DNA of 64,000 nt. It comes from Pseudomonadota bacterium. Its GTDB lineage: Bacteria; Pseudomonadota; Alphaproteobacteria; Micropepsales; Micropepsaceae. The translations under genes and the position numbers were made by a program. Below, piece by piece: positions 35,815-45,842 of the stretch (position 1 is its first letter; every line of letters begins with the position of its first letter). The stretch covers positions 57,166 through 121,165 of the forward strand of contig JAJZGY010000003.1 of NCBI GenBank assembly GCA_021804785.1, written 5' to 3'. Below the pieces are notes generated by a model that worked only from the letters and a program-made list of their open reading frames with translations, searched no databases and was not told the origin of the DNA.

Positions 35815-36348
35815 ATGTCACGTATCGGCAAAAAGCCCGTCCAACTCCCCAAGGGGGTTATGGCTGCAGTTGATGGCCAAACGGTCAAGGTGAAGGGCCC
35901 AAAGGGCGAACTCAAGGTCACGCTCGTGGACGATGTCCAAGTTGAGCTCACGGACTCGGGTGTTGTAATCAGCCCTCGCCCGGATCACGAGCGCGCGCGA
36001 GCCATGTGGGGCTTGTCGCGTACCTTGGTAAATAACCTCGTCATCGGTGTGACCGAAGGTTTTGCTGAACGGCTGGACATCAATGGCGTTGGCTACCGCG
36101 CGGCGGTTCAGGGCAAGAACTTGAATCTACAACTGGGTTTCAGCCACGACGTGGTTTATCCAATTCCCGCCGGAATTAATATCGTTGCAGAGAAGCCTAC
36201 CTCGATAACAATTTCGGGGATCGATAAGCAGCTGGTGGGCCAAGTTGCTGCGGAAATCCGAGCCTGGCGTGCGCCTGAGCCTTACAAGGGCAAGGGTGTG
36301 AAGTATGCCAGCGAGACAATCCGGCGCAAGGAAGGCAAGAAGAAATAG
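35815..36348 (+). CDS. rplF: 50S ribosomal protein L6
   Basis: [22 protein letters not shown]. Confidence 0.99.
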   Translation: MSRIGKKPVQLPKGVMAAVDGQTVKVKGPKGELKVTLVDDVQVELTDSGVVISPRPDHERARAMWGLSRTLVNNLVIGVTEGFAERLDINGVGYRAAVQGKNLNLQLGFSHDVVYPIPAGINIVAEKPTSITISGIDKQLVGQVAAEIRAWRAPEPYKGKGVKYASETIRRKEGKKK

Positions 36349-36350
36349 CC

Positions 36351-36701
36351 ATGACAAAGAATCTGTTCGACCGGCGCAAGACCCGAGCCCGTTATAAGAT
36401 TTCGCAATCGTCGAATGGCCGTCCGCGGCTGTCCGTCTATCGCTCGGGAAAGCACATTTATGCTCAAATCATTGATGATGCGATTGGCGTCACCCTGGTG
36501 ACGGCATCAACGCACGAAAAAGATGGCGCCGTGTCTAAGAGCTATAATATTGCTGCGGCAGTTGAAGTGGGAAAAAAGATCGCCGAACGCGCCAAGGACA
36601 AGGGCCTGTCCCAAGTTGTTTTTGATCGTGGCGGTTACATCTATCACGGGCGTGTTAAGGCGCTCGCTGAGGCGGCCCGCGAGGGCGGTCTCGAGTTTTA
36701 A
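36351..36701 (+). CDS. rplR: 50S ribosomal protein L18
   Basis: [21 protein letters not shown]. Confidence 0.99.
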   Translation: MTKNLFDRRKTRARYKISQSSNGRPRLSVYRSGKHIYAQIIDDAIGVTLVTASTHEKDGAVSKSYNIAAAVEVGKKIAERAKDKGLSQVVFDRGGYIYHGRVKALAEAAREGGLEF

Positions 36702-36716
36702 GGAAGGGCACGTTTT

Positions 36717-37316
36717 ATGGCGCGTGATGAAGAACATGGTCGTGGACGGCGGCGCGAGCGCGGGGATCGCGAAGAGCGCGATAATGAGTTTGTAGACAAG
36801 CTCGTCCATATCAACCGCGTGGCCAAAGTCGTGAAAGGCGGCCGCCGTTTTGGGTTTGCCGCGCTTGTGGTTGTAGGCGACCAACGCGGTCGAGTGGGAT
36901 TCGGGCATGGCAAGGCTCGTGAAGTGCCTGAAGCTATTCGTAAGGCTACTGACGCAGCCAAGCGAGCGCTAATCAGGGTCCCGCTCAAGGATGGTCGGAC
37001 GCTACATCATGATACACGTGGTCATCATGGGGCGGGCAAGGTCATTGTTCGTCCGGCACCAGCCGGGACTGGGATAATCGCGGGTGGTCCTATGCGTGCG
37101 GTGTTCGAGGCGCTTGGCGTTGGGGATGTAGTTTCGAAATCAACTGGTACGTCGAATCCTTACAATATGGTTCGCGCCACATTCGATGCCCTTACACGTC
37201 AGCAGAGCCCTCGTCTGATTGCCCAGAGGCGAGGTCGCAGTGTTGCGGAAATTATATCGCGACGCGATGGTAACAGGAATGATCAAGCCTCTTCTGAAAC
37301 AGGGGTTGGGAGCTGA
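36717..37316 (+). CDS. rpsE: 30S ribosomal protein S5
   Basis: [22 protein letters not shown]. Confidence 0.99.
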   Translation: MARDEEHGRGRRRERGDREERDNEFVDKLVHINRVAKVVKGGRRFGFAALVVVGDQRGRVGFGHGKAREVPEAIRKATDAAKRALIRVPLKDGRTLHHDTRGHHGAGKVIVRPAPAGTGIIAGGPMRAVFEALGVGDVVSKSTGTSNPYNMVRATFDALTRQQSPRLIAQRRGRSVAEIISRRDGNRNDQASSETGVGS

Positions 37317-37318
37317 AT

Positions 37319-37510
37319 ATGGTAACGACCAAGAAGACCGTCACCGTACGCCAGGTCCGCTCGACTGCGCGTCGTCCCAAGGAACAGGAAGCCACCTTGC
37401 GCGGTCTTGGCTTGGGTAAGATTCGGCGTACGCGTACACTTGAGGATACTCCTGCCGTGCGTGGCATGATCCATGCCGTTCACCATCTGGTAGAAGTTAT
37501 CGAAGAATAA
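37319..37510 (+). CDS. rpmD: 50S ribosomal protein L30
   Basis: [16 protein letters not shown]. Confidence 0.98.
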   Translation: MVTTKKTVTVRQVRSTARRPKEQEATLRGLGLGKIRRTRTLEDTPAVRGMIHAVHHLVEVIEE

Positions 37511-37566
37511 ACAGGCGTATGGAAGGCGTGATAGTGCGTTGTAGACGCCGTCGCGGCGAGGTTCAC

Positions 37567-38124
37567 ATGAAACTGAATGAAATCAGCAATAATCCCGGCG
37601 CCAAGACACGCAAGACGCGTGTTGGACGTGGAACGGGGTCGGGCCTCGGGAAGACCAGTGGCCGTGGTGTCAAAGGCGCGAAGGCGCGCACGGGCAACTC
37701 TGTTCACGGCTTTGAAGGCGGCCAAATGCCGCTTTATATGCGCCTGCCCAAGCGCGGGTTCAAAAATATCTTCGCGAAAGAGTTCGCAGAGATAAATCTT
37801 GGTCGCCTGCAGAAGGCGATCAATGAGGGCAAGCTAGATGCCGGCGTAAAAATCACCGAGGAAGTGCTGCGTAAGGTGGGACTTGTTTCCAAAGCTCGCG
37901 ACGGCGTCAGGCTCCTTGCCAAAGGTGAACTGACGAGTAAGCTTGATATCGAGATTGCCGGAGTATCCAAGCGCGCCGCTGAAGCTGTGAAATCTGCTGG
38001 CGGAACGTTGACGACGACGTACCAGAAGAAAATATACACTAACAAAAACGGTGAACCCGGAAAGCGCCAGAAGCGTCGCGCTGTCAGTATCGAAAAGCGT
38101 GCTCGCGCCGCCAATCCGGCTTAG
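37567..38124 (+). CDS. rplO: 50S ribosomal protein L15 with C-terminal extension
   Basis: [31 protein letters not shown]; start at ATG 37567. Confidence 0.98.
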   Translation: MKLNEISNNPGAKTRKTRVGRGTGSGLGKTSGRGVKGAKARTGNSVHGFEGGQMPLYMRLPKRGFKNIFAKEFAEINLGRLQKAINEGKLDAGVKITEEVLRKVGLVSKARDGVRLLAKGELTSKLDIEIAGVSKRAAEAVKSAGGTLTTTYQKKIYTNKNGEPGKRQKRRAVSIEKRARAANPA

Positions 38125-38280
38125 GTTTTTTGGCGACCTTCCTGCCCTTCGACAATTCATGGCAGGAAGGCCTATAAAGCTTTTCACCTGTTCTGACGCG
38201 GTCAGACCGGGGAAAACTAACGCGCAGCCTCACCTTTAGGCGAATCCGACGGTGAGAACTGTTCGCTCGGGGAGTAGGTG

Positions 38281-39612
38281 ATGGCCTCAGCAGCCGAACA
38301 ATTGGCGGCCAATTTTAATTTCAAGACTCTAGCTAAGGCAACAGAACTGCGCCAACGGATTTTGTTTACCCTCGGCGCACTCATCTTATGTCGATTGGGA
38401 ACCTACATTCCCATGCCCGGCATTGACCCATCCGCGCTTGCGCAGCAGCTCAACCAACAACAGGGTGGCTTGCTGGACGTATTTAATGTTCTCGCCGGTG
38501 GTGCCATCGGACGTATGGCGATCTTCGCACTTGGGATAATGCCGTATATTTCGGCATCCATTATTATCCAGCTGATGACCACCGTGTTCCCCGAGCTTGA
38601 CAAGCTCAAGAAGGAAGGTGCGGCTGGCCAGAAGACGATCAATCAGTACACCCGTTACGGCACGGTGGGACTGGCGGCTTTGCAAGCTTACGGTATTGCG
38701 ATCGGCCTCGAGCATTGGGGTAATGTGGTCATAGATCCGGGTTGGTTTTTCCGCATCACGTCGATTATTACGCTTACGGGCGGAACGATTTTGCTGATGT
38801 GGTTGGGTGAGCAGATCACTCAGCGGGGTGTTGGAAACGGCATTTCGCTTATCATATTCGCGGGCATTGTTGCTCGCTTCCCGCAGATGATTGGTGCGGT
38901 GTTGGAGTTAGGACGGACCGGCGCCATCCCGCCGGCAGTACTGATCGGTGGCATCATTCTTGTTGTTCTGCTGATTGGGGTAATTGTGTACATGGAAAGG
39001 GCGCAGCGGCGTCTTCTTGTTCAATACCCCAAACGGCAGGTAGGAAACCGTATGTTTGGGGGGGAGAGCTCTCATCTTCCCCTTAAGCTCAACGTGTCAG
39101 GCGTGATCCCACCCATTTTCGCTTCATCAATACTGCTGATGCCCGCGACAGTGGCGAATTTCGATTCGTCCAGTGTACCGGGCTGGTTTCAGACGGTCCT
39201 CGCGTACATTAGCAACGGAACGCCCCTGTATCTGCTACTTTACGGGTTGATGATCATATTTTTTGCGTTTTTCTACACTTCCATTATTTTCAATCCCGAG
39301 GAAACCGCAGAAAATCTTAAGAAGTACGGCGGGTTCATTCCAGGAATTCGCCCTGGAAAAAAAACGGCGGACTATATCGATTTTGTTCTCACCCGAATCA
39401 CGGTTATAGGCTCTATCTATCTCGCGCTGGTGTGTCTGCTGCCTGAATGGCTTATCTTTAAATACAACATCCCATTTTATCTCGGCGGCACATCCATTTT
39501 GATTGTCGTCAGTGTCACCATGGACACTGTGGCGCAGATTCAAAGTCATCTAGTCGCGCAGCAATATGAAGGCTTGCTGCGGAAGTCGCGTCTGAGGGGG
39601 GCGAGACGGTGA
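38281..39612 (+). CDS. secY: Preprotein translocase subunit SecY
   Basis: IFALGIMPYISASII, GIGNGISL-like GVGNGISL, FIPGIRPG, LGGTSILIVV. Confidence 0.99.
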   Translation: MASAAEQLAANFNFKTLAKATELRQRILFTLGALILCRLGTYIPMPGIDPSALAQQLNQQQGGLLDVFNVLAGGAIGRMAIFALGIMPYISASIIIQLMTTVFPELDKLKKEGAAGQKTINQYTRYGTVGLAALQAYGIAIGLEHWGNVVIDPGWFFRITSIITLTGGTILLMWLGEQITQRGVGNGISLIIFAGIVARFPQMIGAVLELGRTGAIPPAVLIGGIILVVLLIGVIVYMERAQRRLLVQYPKRQVGNRMFGGESSHLPLKLNVSGVIPPIFASSILLMPATVANFDSSSVPGWFQTVLAYISNGTPLYLLLYGLMIIFFAFFYTSIIFNPEETAENLKKYGGFIPGIRPGKKTADYIDFVLTRITVIGSIYLALVCLLPEWLIFKYNIPFYLGGTSILIVVSVTMDTVAQIQSHLVAQQYEGLLRKSRLRGARR

Positions 39613-40196
39613 ATTTGGTTTTATTTGGGCCGCCGGGCGCCGGTAAGGGGACGCAGGCTAAGGTCCTGACGCAACGGCGCGGTTGGCCGCAATTGTCTAC
39701 CGGGGATATGCTGCGCGCCGCAATCGCCGCGGGCACCGATCTGGGCAAAAGATGCAAGGCAATTATGGATGCGGGGGATTTGGTCCCTGACGAGGTTGTC
39801 ATTGCTATTATTGCAGAGCGTTATGACCAGAAGGACTGCAGAGGCGGAGCGGTGTTTGACGGTTTTCCTCGAACAACGCCGCAGGCCGTGGCTCTTGACG
39901 AAATGCTGAGCCACCGTGGGCGGAAAATTGACCTCGTCATTGAACTGAAGGTCGATGATGCCATCCTGCTGGGCCGAGTGGGCCAGCGTATCAAGGATGC
40001 CGGTGGGGCAGCCCGCGCCGACGATACCCCGGAGACGCTGAAAAACCGGCTTGAAGTTTATTACAAAAATACAGCGCCACTTTTGAAATTTTATTCCGAC
40101 CAGGGCAAGCTGGTGCAGGTTGATGGGATGGCCTCGATCGAGATGGTGACTGCCGCGATAGCTGCTTTGATCGATCGATCTGGGGGTAACGCTTAA
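39609..40196 (+). CDS. adk: Adenylate kinase, short-LID type
   Basis: GPPGAGKGTQ, STGDMLR, DGFPRT, RADD. Confidence 0.97.
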   Translation: MNLVLFGPPGAGKGTQAKVLTQRRGWPQLSTGDMLRAAIAAGTDLGKRCKAIMDAGDLVPDEVVIAIIAERYDQKDCRGGAVFDGFPRTTPQAVALDEMLSHRGRKIDLVIELKVDDAILLGRVGQRIKDAGGAARADDTPETLKNRLEVYYKNTAPLLKFYSDQGKLVQVDGMASIEMVTAAIAALIDRSGGNA

Positions 40197-40241
40197 AGTA
40201 CGAATTCTGTCGAAAATCCGCGATTTAGGACAGATCTCATG

Positions 40242-40269
40242 TTGACTGGGGTTCGCCGATTTCTATAAT
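40242..40269 (+). promoter_or_regulatory. sigma70 promoter of the alpha operon
   Basis: TTGACT-N16-TATAAT in the adk-rpsM gap. Confidence 0.75.
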
Positions 40270-40420
40270 CCGCGCCCTTGCAGACGGCCATCCGGCTCAG
40301 GTCATCCCAACCGCTCCCAAAGGGGTTGAGCGGCGGAATGGTCGGGGCGGGGTGGTCGGTGTTTTGGTAGCGACTAAACAAAGCGTCTTTCCAAAGGCTT
40401 AACGATCAAAGGAGAGTCTC

Positions 40421-40798
40421 GTGGCGCGTATTGCCGGCGTCAATATTCCTACTCAGAAGCGCGTCGAGATCGGCCTGCGCTACATTCACGGTATTGGATC
40501 TTCCAAGGCCAAGGAAATCTGCGAAAAGGTCGGCATAGCGCCGGGGCGTCGGGTACACGACCTGACCGATGCGGAAGTCATTCAGATCCGAGAGACGATC
40601 GATCGCGATTATCTGGTCGAAGGTGATCTTCGGCGAGACGTCGCAATGAACATCAAGCGTCTGATGGATTTGGGTTGCTATCGCGGACTTCGTCACCGCA
40701 AAGGCCTGCCAGTTCGCGGCCAACGCACCCACACCAACGCTCGGACCCGCAAGGGCCCGGCTAAAGCAATCGCCGGTAAGAAAAAAGTCACGAAGTAG
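40421..40798 (+). CDS. rpsM: 30S ribosomal protein S13
   Basis: [31 protein letters not shown]; GTG start. Confidence 0.99.
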   Translation: MARIAGVNIPTQKRVEIGLRYIHGIGSSKAKEICEKVGIAPGRRVHDLTDAEVIQIRETIDRDYLVEGDLRRDVAMNIKRLMDLGCYRGLRHRKGLPVRGQRTHTNARTRKGPAKAIAGKKKVTK

Positions 40799-40810
40799 GG
40801 TTAATCAAAT

Positions 40811-41206
40811 ATGGCTAAAGCTGTCGGCGGCGCGCGTGTCCGCAAAAAGGAAAAGAAAAACGTTGCGGTCGGTGTGGCTCATGTTGCTGCAACCTTCAAC
40901 AACACTATCGTAACCATCACAGATACAGCTGGGAATGCGATTTCCTGGTCGTCGTCGGGAATGATGGGATTCAAGGGATCACGTAAATCGACGCCATATG
41001 CCGCCCAGGTAGCTGCAGAAGATGCTGCCAAGAAGGCGGTGGAGCATGGCATGCGTACCCTCGAAGTCGAGGTGTCTGGGCCAGGCTCGGGACGCGAATC
41101 GGCACTGCGGGCTCTTCAGTCCGTTGGGCTGACAGTTACCGCCATTCGCGACGTGACCCCTATTCCGCATAATGGATGTCGTCCGCCGAAGCGGCGGCGG
41201 GTTTAG
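40811..41206 (+). CDS. rpsK: 30S ribosomal protein S11
   Basis: [31 protein letters not shown]. Confidence 0.99.
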   Translation: MAKAVGGARVRKKEKKNVAVGVAHVAATFNNTIVTITDTAGNAISWSSSGMMGFKGSRKSTPYAAQVAAEDAAKKAVEHGMRTLEVEVSGPGSGRESALRALQSVGLTVTAIRDVTPIPHNGCRPPKRRRV

Positions 41207-41328
41207 TTCAGGAGTGAGGGGCGGATCATCGGTTTTGTGAGAAGACCCTTTCCAAGTGAGTTCGGACGTAATTACCCATCGAACGTATAGGCCGCGGTCC
41301 GAAGCGACCGGGATACGATGAGGCCAAG

Positions 41329-42345
41329 ATGTTTCAGAAAAACTGGCAGGAATTGATCAAGCCGCAAAAATTGCGGGTAGAGGCAGGCGAGGATGCCAGT
41401 CGCCAGGCCACACTTGTAGCTGAACCGCTGGAGCGAGGCTTTGGCCTAACGCTCGGCAATTCCCTGCGGCGTGTACTACTGTCATCGCTGCAGGGGGCAG
41501 CTGTCACATCCATTCAAATCGAGGGTGTGCTGCACGAGTTCTCCTCTATCACTGGTGTGCGCGAGGATGTCACGGATATCGTTCTCAACGTGAAGCAAAT
41601 CGCCCTTCGTATGCATGCGGAAGGTCCAAAGCGGCTGTCCCTGCGCAAGGTTGGGCCCGGCGAGGTCTTAGCCGGTGACATAGCAGCAACGGCGGACGTT
41701 GAAATTCTCAATCCTGAGCTGGTGATCTGTACGCTCGATGAAAAAATCGAGTTCCGTATGGAACTGACGGTAGCCACCGGCAAGGGGTATGTTCCAGCTG
41801 ATCGCAATAGGCCAGAAGATGCGCCGATCGGATTGATACCGGTCGATTCATTGTTCTCGCCGGTAAAAAAGGTCTCCTACAAGGTTGAGAATACCCGAGA
41901 GGGCCAGATCCTTGATTATGACAAACTGACTTTGAACGTAGAGACCAATGGCGCCGTCAACCCAGATAACGCTGTTGCCTACGCGGCGCGCATTTTGCAG
42001 GATCAGCTCCAGGTCTTCATCAATTTTGAAGAGCCGCGCGAACGCGTTGCAGAAGAAAGCAAGCCCGAACTGGCGTTCAATCCGGTATTGCTGAAAAAAG
42101 TTGATGAGCTTGAGCTTTCTGTCCGATCGGCAAATTGTCTGAAGAATGACAATATCGTTTACATTGGTGATCTCATTCAGAAGACCGAAGCGGAAATGCT
42201 GCGTACACCGAATTTTGGGCGAAAGTCACTGAATGAAATCAAGGCGGTTCTTGCCGAGATGGGTTTGCATCTTGGCATGGAAGTACCTGGCTGGCCGCCC
42301 GAAAATATCGAAGACCTCGCCAAGCGTTACGAAGACCAATACTGA
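41329..42345 (+). CDS. rpoA: RNA polymerase alpha subunit
   Basis: [35 protein letters not shown]. Confidence 0.99.
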   Translation: MFQKNWQELIKPQKLRVEAGEDASRQATLVAEPLERGFGLTLGNSLRRVLLSSLQGAAVTSIQIEGVLHEFSSITGVREDVTDIVLNVKQIALRMHAEGPKRLSLRKVGPGEVLAGDIAATADVEILNPELVICTLDEKIEFRMELTVATGKGYVPADRNRPEDAPIGLIPVDSLFSPVKKVSYKVENTREGQILDYDKLTLNVETNGAVNPDNAVAYAARILQDQLQVFINFEEPRERVAEESKPELAFNPVLLKKVDELELSVRSANCLKNDNIVYIGDLIQKTEAEMLRTPNFGRKSLNEIKAVLAEMGLHLGMEVPGWPPENIEDLAKRYEDQY

Positions 42346-42352
42346 ATACCTT

Positions 42353-42382
42353 TCAGCGCCACTCCACTTAGGGTGGCGCTGA
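42353..42382 (+). other. 12-bp hairpin between rpoA and rplQ (stabiliser or processing site)
   Basis: TCAGCGCCACTC-CACTTA-GGGTGGCGCTGA; no downstream U-tract, so not a typical terminator. Confidence 0.5.
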
Positions 42383-42436
42383 GGGCAAGTTGTCGGCATA
42401 AGCCGGTGACGACGGGATAGAAAACAAGAGTGTATC

Positions 42437-42859
42437 ATGCGCCATCGCAATTCGGGCCGGAAACTCGGCAAGACATCCGCTCACCGTACAGCCATGTTCG
42501 CAAACATGACTGCGGCACTGCTCAAACATGAGCAAATCAAGACCACTCTGCCAAAGGCCAAGGAGCTACGTCCAGTTGTGGAAAAGCTCGTAACCTTGTC
42601 CCGCCGTGGAGCATCCGACCTGCATGCGCGGCGTCAGGCGCTCGCGGCCGTCCGCGATGCCGCCCAGGTGAAGAAGTTGTTCGATGTGATTGGACCACGA
42701 TATGCCAATCGCCCTGGTGGGTACACTCGGGTGCTTAAGGCGGGTTTTCGTCATGGTGACAATGCGGCCATGGCATTCATCGAGTTCGTCGAACGCGATC
42801 TTGAGGCTAAAGGCCAGGATTCAGGGCCAGTAACCGTGGATGGCGACGCTGAAGAATAG
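42437..42859 (+). CDS. rplQ: 50S ribosomal protein L17
   Basis: [26 protein letters not shown]. Confidence 0.99.
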   Translation: MRHRNSGRKLGKTSAHRTAMFANMTAALLKHEQIKTTLPKAKELRPVVEKLVTLSRRGASDLHARRQALAAVRDAAQVKKLFDVIGPRYANRPGGYTRVLKAGFRHGDNAAMAFIEFVERDLEAKGQDSGPVTVDGDAEE

Positions 42860-42891
42860 AGGTGGCCGACGTGCTAATGAGATAGGTGTCG

Positions 42892-42916
42892 GGGCGGCTC
42901 TAGGAGCCGCCCTTTT
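42892..42916 (+). terminator. Rho-independent terminator after rplQ
   Basis: GGGCGGCTC-TAG-GAGCCGCCC followed by TTTT. Confidence 0.8.
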
Positions 42917-42932
42917 GCGTTGAGGACTGCAG

Positions 42933-44336
42933 ATGAAAACACGGGTACCTTTGATACCGATATTGCTCACGCTGGCTCTAGTGTCGCCGGGAGCTGCATT
43001 GGCAGGGCGTGTATTGCCCAAATCAACTGGGCAAATCCAGCTCAGCTTCGCAAGTGTTGTCAAACGGGTGGCCCCGGCGGTTGTGAACGTCTATGCGCGG
43101 TCGGTCGTACGCCAGCAGGTCAATCCACTCTTCGCGGATCCTTTGTTCCAGCAGTTTTTCGGACTTTCACCGCAATTTCGTCGTCGGGTTCAGCAATCTC
43201 TGGGGTCTGGCGTCATCGTGCGCAGTGATGGAGTCATATTGACGAATGATCACGTTATCGCCGGTGCTCAGGACATAGTCGTGGCTTTGGCCGACCGTCG
43301 GGAATTCAAGGCGAAAGTTCTGCTTGCCGATAAGCGCACGGATCTGGCAGTCCTGAAGATCGATGTACCTAAAGGACAGCATTTGCCAACCATTGCCTTC
43401 GGTAACTCCGATCGGCTTGAAGTCGGCGACATTGTGTTAGCTATCGGTGATCCCTTTGGCGTGGGACAAACCGTGACGCAAGGGATAATTTCTGCGCTGG
43501 CACGTACCAATGTCGCTGACGGCTCCTATCGGTTTTTCATACAAACTGACGCTGCAATAAATCCGGGCAATTCCGGTGGCGCGCTCGTTACAACGGATGG
43601 TAAGCTTGCAGGTATAAATACGGCCATCTATTCGCGGTCCGGGGGAAACATCGGCATCGGCTTTGCCATTCCAGCCAATCTCGCACGTCGCGTCGTCGAT
43701 GGCGCTCTGGGTGGGGGTGTTCAACTACCGTGGTTTGGCGTTGCTGGCCAAAGCGTAACGCCTAATCTTGCTTCAGCACTTGGCCTGAAATTTCCGGAGG
43801 GTGTCGTTCTTAACCAGGTCTATCCAGGCGGTCCTGCCGCAAGTGCGGGTCTCAAACATGGTGATGTTGTGCTTGCGATTGACGGCTCCAGTGTCAACAG
43901 TATGGATGCGCTAAACTACCGTGTGGCCACTCACCGGCCAGGAGAGATGGCAAAGGTGCGAGTGGTGCAGAGTGGACATGTGCATGTTGTTGAAGTCAGG
44001 TTGAGCTTGCCGCCTGCAAGCCCACCACCTGACGAAACCCTGATAGGTGGCCGCAATCCCCTCACGGGTGCTCGGGTCGAAAATCTTTCGCCAGCGGTTG
44101 CAACACAGTTGCAGCTGGATCCGATGCTCCACGGTGTTGTGGTAGCATCTCCAGGACAGGGTCTTGCAGCAAGTCAGGGCTTTGAGAGCGGGGATATCAT
44201 TCAGAGCATGAATGGAGAATTGATCGGCAACGTCAACCAGCTGAACCAGGCTTTGCTGGCTGGGGAAAGACAGGGCGGCTGGCAAATTGTGGTCAACCGA
44301 AATGGGCAGCAATTGTCTTTGGCCGTACGTAGATAG
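42933..44336 (+). CDS. Do/DegQ (HtrA) family periplasmic serine protease
   Basis: Signal peptide, triad motifs TNDHV / DLAVLK / QTDAAINPGNSGG, two PDZ-like domains. Confidence 0.95.
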   Translation: MKTRVPLIPILLTLALVSPGAALAGRVLPKSTGQIQLSFASVVKRVAPAVVNVYARSVVRQQVNPLFADPLFQQFFGLSPQFRRRVQQSLGSGVIVRSDGVILTNDHVIAGAQDIVVALADRREFKAKVLLADKRTDLAVLKIDVPKGQHLPTIAFGNSDRLEVGDIVLAIGDPFGVGQTVTQGIISALARTNVADGSYRFFIQTDAAINPGNSGGALVTTDGKLAGINTAIYSRSGGNIGIGFAIPANLARRVVDGALGGGVQLPWFGVAGQSVTPNLASALGLKFPEGVVLNQVYPGGPAASAGLKHGDVVLAIDGSSVNSMDALNYRVATHRPGEMAKVRVVQSGHVHVVEVRLSLPPASPPPDETLIGGRNPLTGARVENLSPAVATQLQLDPMLHGVVVASPGQGLAASQGFESGDIIQSMNGELIGNVNQLNQALLAGERQGGWQIVVNRNGQQLSLAVRR

Positions 44337-44520
44337 GCGACTGAGTTGGACAGACTAAACCTCAAGTCTAATAGACACAGTTTCTACATGAGCCGGTAGT
44401 GGAAGGGTTCGGGCGGGTATGTCTGCTCGGAAAATCATAAATCCCGGGTGTTTGTCTAAAGCGCTTTGGCGCGCTCCTGTCCGGTTCTTCACTCTCCGTA
44501 GGTAGGCTTAGGCTGTTGCA

Positions 44521-45831
44521 ATGAGTGATCTATTTGAAGCGGGTGGGTTAGACTCTGGGGCGCCGCGTCCCCTTGCTGATAAGTTGCGTCCTCATTCACT
44601 TTCAGATGTGGTCGGGCAGGATCATCTTCTCGGGCCCGAGGGCCCGCTGGGACGTATGGTCGAGCGTGAAATGCCGCACTCCGTTATACTCTGGGGGCCG
44701 CCCGGCACGGGCAAGACGACCATCGCCAGGCTGCTGTCGAATGCGTTCAAGCTGCATTTTGATCAGCTTTCGGCGATTTTTTCCGGCGTCGCTGACCTTA
44801 AAAAGGCATTTGAGGCTGCACGACAGCGACGACGCGTAGGTCAGGGGACTTTGCTGTTCGTCGATGAAATTCATCGCTTCAATCGAAGCCAGCAGGACTC
44901 GTTCTTGCCGGCTGTTGAAGATGGTACAGTGGTTCTGGTCGGGGCAACCACGGAAAACCCGTCATTCGAACTCAACGGAGCCTTGCTTTCGCGCTGTCAA
45001 GTATTGGTTCTGCGTAGACTCGATGATGCAGCCTTGGAGAAGCTTCTCGAGCGGTCCGAATTACATTACGGCCAGAAACTACCATTGACAGATGACGCAC
45101 GCGCTGCCTTAAGAGCAATGGCCGATGGCGATGGTCGTTACCTGCTCAATCTGGTTGAAGAGATTGCAGGACTAAAAAGGCTACAGCCGATGGACACGGC
45201 GGCACTTGTTGAAGCGGTACAACGTAGAGCGCCGCTATACGATAAGGGTCGCGAAGAGCACCACAATTTGATATCGGCGCTTCACAAGTCGATCCGTGGT
45301 TCGGATCCTGATGCGGCGCTTTACTGGCTCGCCCGCATGCTCGAAGCTGGAGAGCAGCCGCTTTATATCGCTCGCCGCCTGGTTCGTGCGAGTGTTGAAG
45401 ATATTGGTCTTGCAGATCCGCAAGCAGTCCTGCAGGCACTCGCAGCAAAGGATGTGTATGATTTTTTGGGCAGTCCGGAGGGTGAAATTGCCCTCGCGCA
45501 ATGCGTTCTATATTTGGCGACGGCTCCAAAATCGAATGCTGTCTACAAGGCCTTTGGTGCTGCTAGCAGGGCGGCGCGACAGCACGGCTCTTTGATGCCG
45601 CCTGCCCATATTCTCAACGCGCCTACCAAACTGATGAAGAATCTAGGGTACGGCAGCGGGTACGAGTATGATCATGACGCCGAGGGAGGCTTTTCTGGAC
45701 AGAACTATTTTCCGGATGCGATGCGGCGTGAAGCCTTTTATGAACCTAAGGAAGCGGGCTTTGAACGGGAGGTTATCAAGCGTCTCGACTACTGGGCGAA
45801 GTTAAGGACTAAACGTACCCCCTCCACCTGA
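44521..45831 (+). CDS. rarA: Replication-associated recombination protein A (RarA/MgsA AAA+ ATPase)
   Basis: LWGPPGTGKT, LFVDEIHRFN, SALHKSIRGSDPDAALYWLARM. Confidence 0.96.
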   Translation: MSDLFEAGGLDSGAPRPLADKLRPHSLSDVVGQDHLLGPEGPLGRMVEREMPHSVILWGPPGTGKTTIARLLSNAFKLHFDQLSAIFSGVADLKKAFEAARQRRRVGQGTLLFVDEIHRFNRSQQDSFLPAVEDGTVVLVGATTENPSFELNGALLSRCQVLVLRRLDDAALEKLLERSELHYGQKLPLTDDARAALRAMADGDGRYLLNLVEEIAGLKRLQPMDTAALVEAVQRRAPLYDKGREEHHNLISALHKSIRGSDPDAALYWLARMLEAGEQPLYIARRLVRASVEDIGLADPQAVLQALAAKDVYDFLGSPEGEIALAQCVLYLATAPKSNAVYKAFGAASRAARQHGSLMPPAHILNAPTKLMKNLGYGSGYEYDHDAEGGFSGQNYFPDAMRREAFYEPKEAGFEREVIKRLDYWAKLRTKRTPST

Positions 45832-45842
45832 TCTGAGTATCT

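Noticed and set aside
44337-44520. Short inverted repeats in the htrA-rarA gap as an sRNA
   Set aside because: Only 4-5-bp stems, within chance expectation.
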